A stretch of 63,626 nt of DNA, filler included. It is 4 parts of 4 records of this genome, joined end to end, with 100 filler letters (N's around TTAATTAATTAA, not from the genome) between each part and the next. Parts side by side here need not be neighbours in the genome. Positions count along the whole stretch, not along the records: positions 55,672 to 63,626 come from SRR22947725_2501; 3 more parts are not named here. The stretch is one strand, 5' to 3'. The translations under genes and the position numbers were made by a program. Under the pieces are notes generated by a model. It saw only the letters and a list, made by a program, of their open reading frames with translations, had not been told where the DNA came from and did no database searches. Shown piece by piece: positions 59,761 to 63,626 of this stretch (position 1 is the first letter of the stretch; each line of letters opens with the position of its first letter).

Positions 59761-60578
59761 AAACATTGATTTCATTTTTATCATATGCTTTCAAAACTGA
59801 TAAAAAAATCAAAAAATTCATGATCTATTCAGTTCTTTCATCAATATCTCAATACATCTCACTTGGTATGCTTTTTGTTTTAATAAAAATTCAAGTTTCA
59901 GATATTGATAAAATATTGGATAAATTCCCAGTAAATAGTAATTTTATTACTGGGAACATTAACCCGCCTTTATTGTTATCGATGTTATTATTTTTCTTGG
60001 CAATCTTTTACATTATTTATTCTTACTTTTCTTTTATCTCAAAGAAATACTCTATGGAAGTTATAGCTACCCACAAAGACAACATTAAACTCATAGCAGA
60101 AAGAAACAACTATTGGCAACAAGAAGAGTTTAGATTGCTTTCAGGTAATTTTTTTGAATTATATACCCGTTTTTTTCAAGTTTTACAGCCTTTACCAATT
60201 ATGATCGTTGGTCTTGTTTTTATTAGTTTCTTTAATTGCTATATTACGATTTTGTTTATCCTGATATTATTATTCGCCTTAGCCCTTTACTATTTTATAA
60301 CTTTAAACTTTTTTGAAATAAACAAAGAGCTATCAAAAGCATATCTTTCTAGTAAGAGAAAACTTATAGCGCAAATTATATCCATATTGCTTTTTATCAT
60401 CATGTTGGCTATAATTTTTAATAACAATTATTCTATTGAAACAACAGTTATCCTTATAATTATTGGAAGAATTCTACTGGGAAACTTTATTAACTTCTTA
60501 CATTTTTCTTTTGAGATATTAGCAAAAATAGATATATACAATCATTTTAAAAACGAAATAGATTATTGGGGAAACTAG
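59757..60578 (+). CDS. Multi-TM membrane protein in polysaccharide locus
   Basis: About six hydrophobic segments, ATGA-coupled to the epimerase. Confidence 0.65.
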   Translation: MKTLISFLSYAFKTDKKIKKFMIYSVLSSISQYISLGMLFVLIKIQVSDIDKILDKFPVNSNFITGNINPPLLLSMLLFFLAIFYIIYSYFSFISKKYSMEVIATHKDNIKLIAERNNYWQQEEFRLLSGNFFELYTRFFQVLQPLPIMIVGLVFISFFNCYITILFILILLFALALYYFITLNFFEINKELSKAYLSSKRKLIAQIISILLFIIMLAIIFNNNYSIETTVILIIIGRILLGNFINFLHFSFEILAKIDIYNHFKNEIDYWGN

Positions 60579-60700
60579 TTTATATGGACCAAACCTTAAT
60601 TGGAATAATATACCAAGAAAAATCCATACCAACAAAAGTAAGATCTTATAAACCTTGGAATAAAATATTTATTTTCAATTAAAATACCTAGGAATTTAGC

Positions 60701-62182
60701 ATGAAAAAAATTAATGTATTAATGTTAGTCAGGAATAATGCATCTCGCGACGCTAGGGTTTTAAAAACAGCCAATAGCCTTCAAAAAAAAGGTTATCAGG
60801 TTGATTTAATCGGTATTATAGAAAAAAAACAAGATTTACATGAAGAGGTATTGCCTAACGGAGTTAATATTTTAAGAGTTCCATTCAGATATTATACATT
60901 TCGTTATTTATCATTTTTTTATGCAATTTTAATATTTATTAGCTTAATGTTTATTTGTACTTATTTTCTAATTATTCCAATTAATTCCACAATTGAGGGA
61001 CAATTATCACAATTATCAAATTATAATTTTCTTTTATTTACTGAAGTTAAAAATTTAATAGCAGTATTTTTAGATTTTTTTAAACCCTATCTGGTAGAGA
61101 TTCTTGTATCAACCTCTGTCATCTATCTGTTGTTCAATGGTTTAAAAAGAAACCTAAAATTTACTAAAAATTACATGGATTTGGAAGGTGTCAAAATAAA
61201 GCAAACTCAAGAGAAAAAGGTAGCTCCTAATATAAAAACTTTTAAAACACTTCTTGCGTCATTCTTTTATAAATGCTCTTTATTGAAAAGACTTAAAAAA
61301 GAGGGTTTCAAATATTCTTTTATACATTGTCACGATATATCAACACTTCCTGTTGGTTTACAATTAAAGAAAAATTTTAAGAATACTCGATTAATATATG
61401 ATGCTCACGAACTTTATGAGGATGCAGTTGGTGTAAGTGGCATTGTGAAAAATATTTATATAAAAATTCACCGAGAAGCACAAAGTTCTATTGATGGATT
61501 TATAACAATTAATGATGACTTTTGTAGAATTTATAAAGAAAGATATCCCAAATTACCAAACCCAATAATAACGATGAATGCTACAAAATTTAAAACATTA
61601 CCAAAGTATGATGGCAGACTTCATTTAGCCTGTGGCATTGATAGAGACAAAAAGATAATATTATTTCAAGGCGGCTTTACAAATCATAGGGGTATTGAGA
61701 GGATGTTGGAAATACTTCCATATTTACATGATGATTTTTGTTTTGTTTTTATGGGCTGGGGTAGGCTTGAGAAAGAGATTAAGACTGTTAAACGAAGAAA
61801 TTATGGTAAGGTTTTTATACTTCCTCCCGCTGATCAAGATGAACTTATTAATTGGACTTCAGGTGCTTACATTGGAATTATCCCATATGAAGAATTTTGT
61901 ATGAATCATACTTACTGTACACCAAATAAACTTTGGGAATTTCCAGCAGCACATGTACCGATTTTTGCATCACCAAGAGTACAGCTTAAAAAAATAGTTG
62001 AATCAAATAATCTTGGTTGGATTTATGATGAAAGTTATGGGCCTCATTACTTAGCACTTAAAATAATGGGTTTTACAAAAGAACATAAGAGAAAAGTAGA
62101 TTCTTGTAAAAAATTTAGTAAAGTGAATACTTGGGAGAAGTATGAATCTGGTTTATACAATCTCTACAAATCATTGTCTTAA
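60701..62182 (+). CDS. GT4-family glycosyltransferase with internal hydrophobic insertion
   Basis: DARVLKTA, HCHD, YDAHE, QGG..HRGIE, PNKLWEF. Confidence 0.85.
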   Translation: MKKINVLMLVRNNASRDARVLKTANSLQKKGYQVDLIGIIEKKQDLHEEVLPNGVNILRVPFRYYTFRYLSFFYAILIFISLMFICTYFLIIPINSTIEGQLSQLSNYNFLLFTEVKNLIAVFLDFFKPYLVEILVSTSVIYLLFNGLKRNLKFTKNYMDLEGVKIKQTQEKKVAPNIKTFKTLLASFFYKCSLLKRLKKEGFKYSFIHCHDISTLPVGLQLKKNFKNTRLIYDAHELYEDAVGVSGIVKNIYIKIHREAQSSIDGFITINDDFCRIYKERYPKLPNPIITMNATKFKTLPKYDGRLHLACGIDRDKKIILFQGGFTNHRGIERMLEILPYLHDDFCFVFMGWGRLEKEIKTVKRRNYGKVFILPPADQDELINWTSGAYIGIIPYEEFCMNHTYCTPNKLWEFPAAHVPIFASPRVQLKKIVESNNLGWIYDESYGPHYLALKIMGFTKEHKRKVDSCKKFSKVNTWEKYESGLYNLYKSLS

Positions 62183-62195
62183 TTCAATGGTTTAG

Positions 62196-63416
62196 CTAAA
62201 ATTTAGATTTAATAAATTTATCAAAATCTATGGAAATTTTTTTATAATCATATTTTTTTATTGAGTAATTTTTCCCATTTCTTCCTAAACGTATTCTTTC
62301 AGAAGCTGACATCCCTTTTAATTTTAGAACTGCTTCGGCCACTTTCATAGAATCTTCTGCAGGCACAGATATACCTGCATCAGCCTCTTTGACAACACAA
62401 CCCTTTCCAGAGTATGAGTGAATTATTGGCTTACCAGAAAAAAGATATTCAGGTAATTTCTGAGGAGAAACTCCATAGTTATAAAGAGATTTATTTTGCC
62501 AGCCAATATAACAAGCATCAAAAAGCTTTATTACTGATTGAATATATTTTTTTTTGGTATGATTTATAAAAATTATATTTTTTAACTTCATCTTATTTGC
62601 TTGAGATTTTAATTCAATTAAGCCCATTCCTCTAGCTACAATTACAAAGCATATTGAATTATATTTTTTAAGTAATTCTGCTGATTTTAATACAATATGC
62701 AATGCGTTTGATCTTCCGCATGAGCCAACATATCCAACAATAAATTTTTCTTTTGGAATTACTGAGTAAATATAGTGAGGAATTTTTGGTTTTGCTATTA
62801 ATTCCTTCATATCAAAACCATTAGGTAAATAATAAAATTTCTTTTTAAATTTTTTTCTTATATTTTTATATTCAATAGCATACGGGATGCTAGATAAAAT
62901 CACATCTGATTTTTTTAAGGCAAAATTATCTATTAATTGCATGAATATAATTAGAGGGTTCCATGATGAATAGCCACCAATCTCAGTAAGTGTTAATGGC
63001 CAAAAATCACGTATCTCAAAAAATAATTTAGCTTTTACTTTTTTTGCTAACTTATATGCACCAAGAAAGACAAAAGGGGGTGGGGATGAGGCGATAATTA
63101 TATTTGGAGTCCTGCTGATTAATTTGTATAAATTTGACACTCCATAAGTAAATATAAACCAATTAAGTACTCGTTTTAGGCTTGTTGTTTTTTTATATTT
63201 AAAAGTTTTAATATGAACATAATTAATTCCATCAATTAATTTAATGCAAACATTTTCTTTTTGTGTGGTTGGTGAATGAGCAAAATGATTGTAGCTTGCA
63301 GATACCAAATATACTTCATGCCCCATGCTAACAAGCTCTTTAGAGAGATAATAATGTTTACTTCCATCTCCTTCGTCAGTATTCAATGCGTATTGATTGA
63401 TGATAAATATAATCAT
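62196..63416 (-). CDS. GT4-family glycosyltransferase (WbuB-like)
   Basis: INQYA, SSPP, EIRDFWP, PNG, YVGS, SPQKLPEY..SGKPI. Confidence 0.9.
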   Translation of the reverse strand: MIIFIINQYALNTDEGDGSKHYYLSKELVSMGHEVYLVSASYNHFAHSPTTQKENVCIKLIDGINYVHIKTFKYKKTTSLKRVLNWFIFTYGVSNLYKLISRTPNIIIASSPPPFVFLGAYKLAKKVKAKLFFEIRDFWPLTLTEIGGYSSWNPLIIFMQLIDNFALKKSDVILSSIPYAIEYKNIRKKFKKKFYYLPNGFDMKELIAKPKIPHYIYSVIPKEKFIVGYVGSCGRSNALHIVLKSAELLKKYNSICFVIVARGMGLIELKSQANKMKLKNIIFINHTKKKYIQSVIKLFDACYIGWQNKSLYNYGVSPQKLPEYLFSGKPIIHSYSGKGCVVKEADAGISVPAEDSMKVAEAVLKLKGMSASERIRLGRNGKNYSIKKYDYKKISIDFDKFIKSKF

Positions 63417-63626
63417 TATCTTAAAATTGTTAATATGTAGCTTTTGATTAAATTCATATAAATACTTTCAAAAACATATAAGGGAAGATTCCGATTATTT
63501 TTTCAATATGGATCTTACTATCGCATTTTAACTGTTGCATTGTATATAAGATATAATTTCAAGATTTTAATATAGATTGTGTTATATCGATATATTTAAT
63601 TTGTAAATTCATACTTTTTTAATACT

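Noticed and set aside
1751-61904. Numerous 60-125 aa ORFs antisense to or nested in clear genes (e.g. 6249-6569, 13986-14264, 32394-32741, 51016-51390)
   Set aside because: Shadow frames of well-supported genes with no independent motifs
1-63626. CRISPR array, tRNA, integrase/transposase or defence genes
   Set aside because: No regularly spaced repeats, cloverleaf or relevant protein motifs recognised by eye; a subtle element could have been missed

Overview
The window is not one locus. It is four unrelated contigs joined by artificial 100-nt linkers (N44-TTAATTAATTAA-N44) at 16411-16510, 41166-41265 and 55572-55671. Contig 1 (1-16410) is from a very AT-rich Flavobacteriia genome: M28 peptidase, an HTH-less sigma-54 response regulator, mscS, dnaJ-grpE, ilvE, crcB, a porin-glnK-amtB-amidohydrolase nitrogen cluster, pyrF, prfA, purM and a partial type II glutamine synthetase. 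Contig 2 (16511-41165) is from a less AT-rich Flavobacteriia genome: mostly housekeeping genes (gcvT, yebC, kdsB, rsmD, rhomboids, mutL, nrnA, rlmD), then a small accessory patch and the end of an rRNA operon (23S 3' end, 5S). Contig 3 (41266-55571) looks SAR11/Pelagibacterales-like (tauD-like, lhgO, MATE, PheC-like SBP plus permease, metY, rlmN, yajQ). Contig 4 (55672-63626) is a proteobacterial 2,3-diacetamido-uronic acid (wlb/wbp-type) surface polysaccharide cluster. No CRISPR array, tRNA or mobile element was recognised. The best leads are non-coding or tiny: (i) a promoter-proximal 'CCCCAA-loop' structured RNA present twice in contig 2, one copy preceding an unannotated 34-aa membrane peptide; (ii) a SAM-II/V-like riboswitch on metY with a readable two-state SD-sequestering platform; (iii) a sigma-54 promoter on grpE-dnaJ near an activator lacking a DNA-binding domain; (iv) repeated apparently leaderless Bacteroidetes promoters; (v) an unannotated 31-aa lysine-rich ORF after yajQ; (vi) a short GlpD-like flavoprotein inside the sugar cluster. 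All calls come from reading motifs by eye; no searches or folding programs were run.
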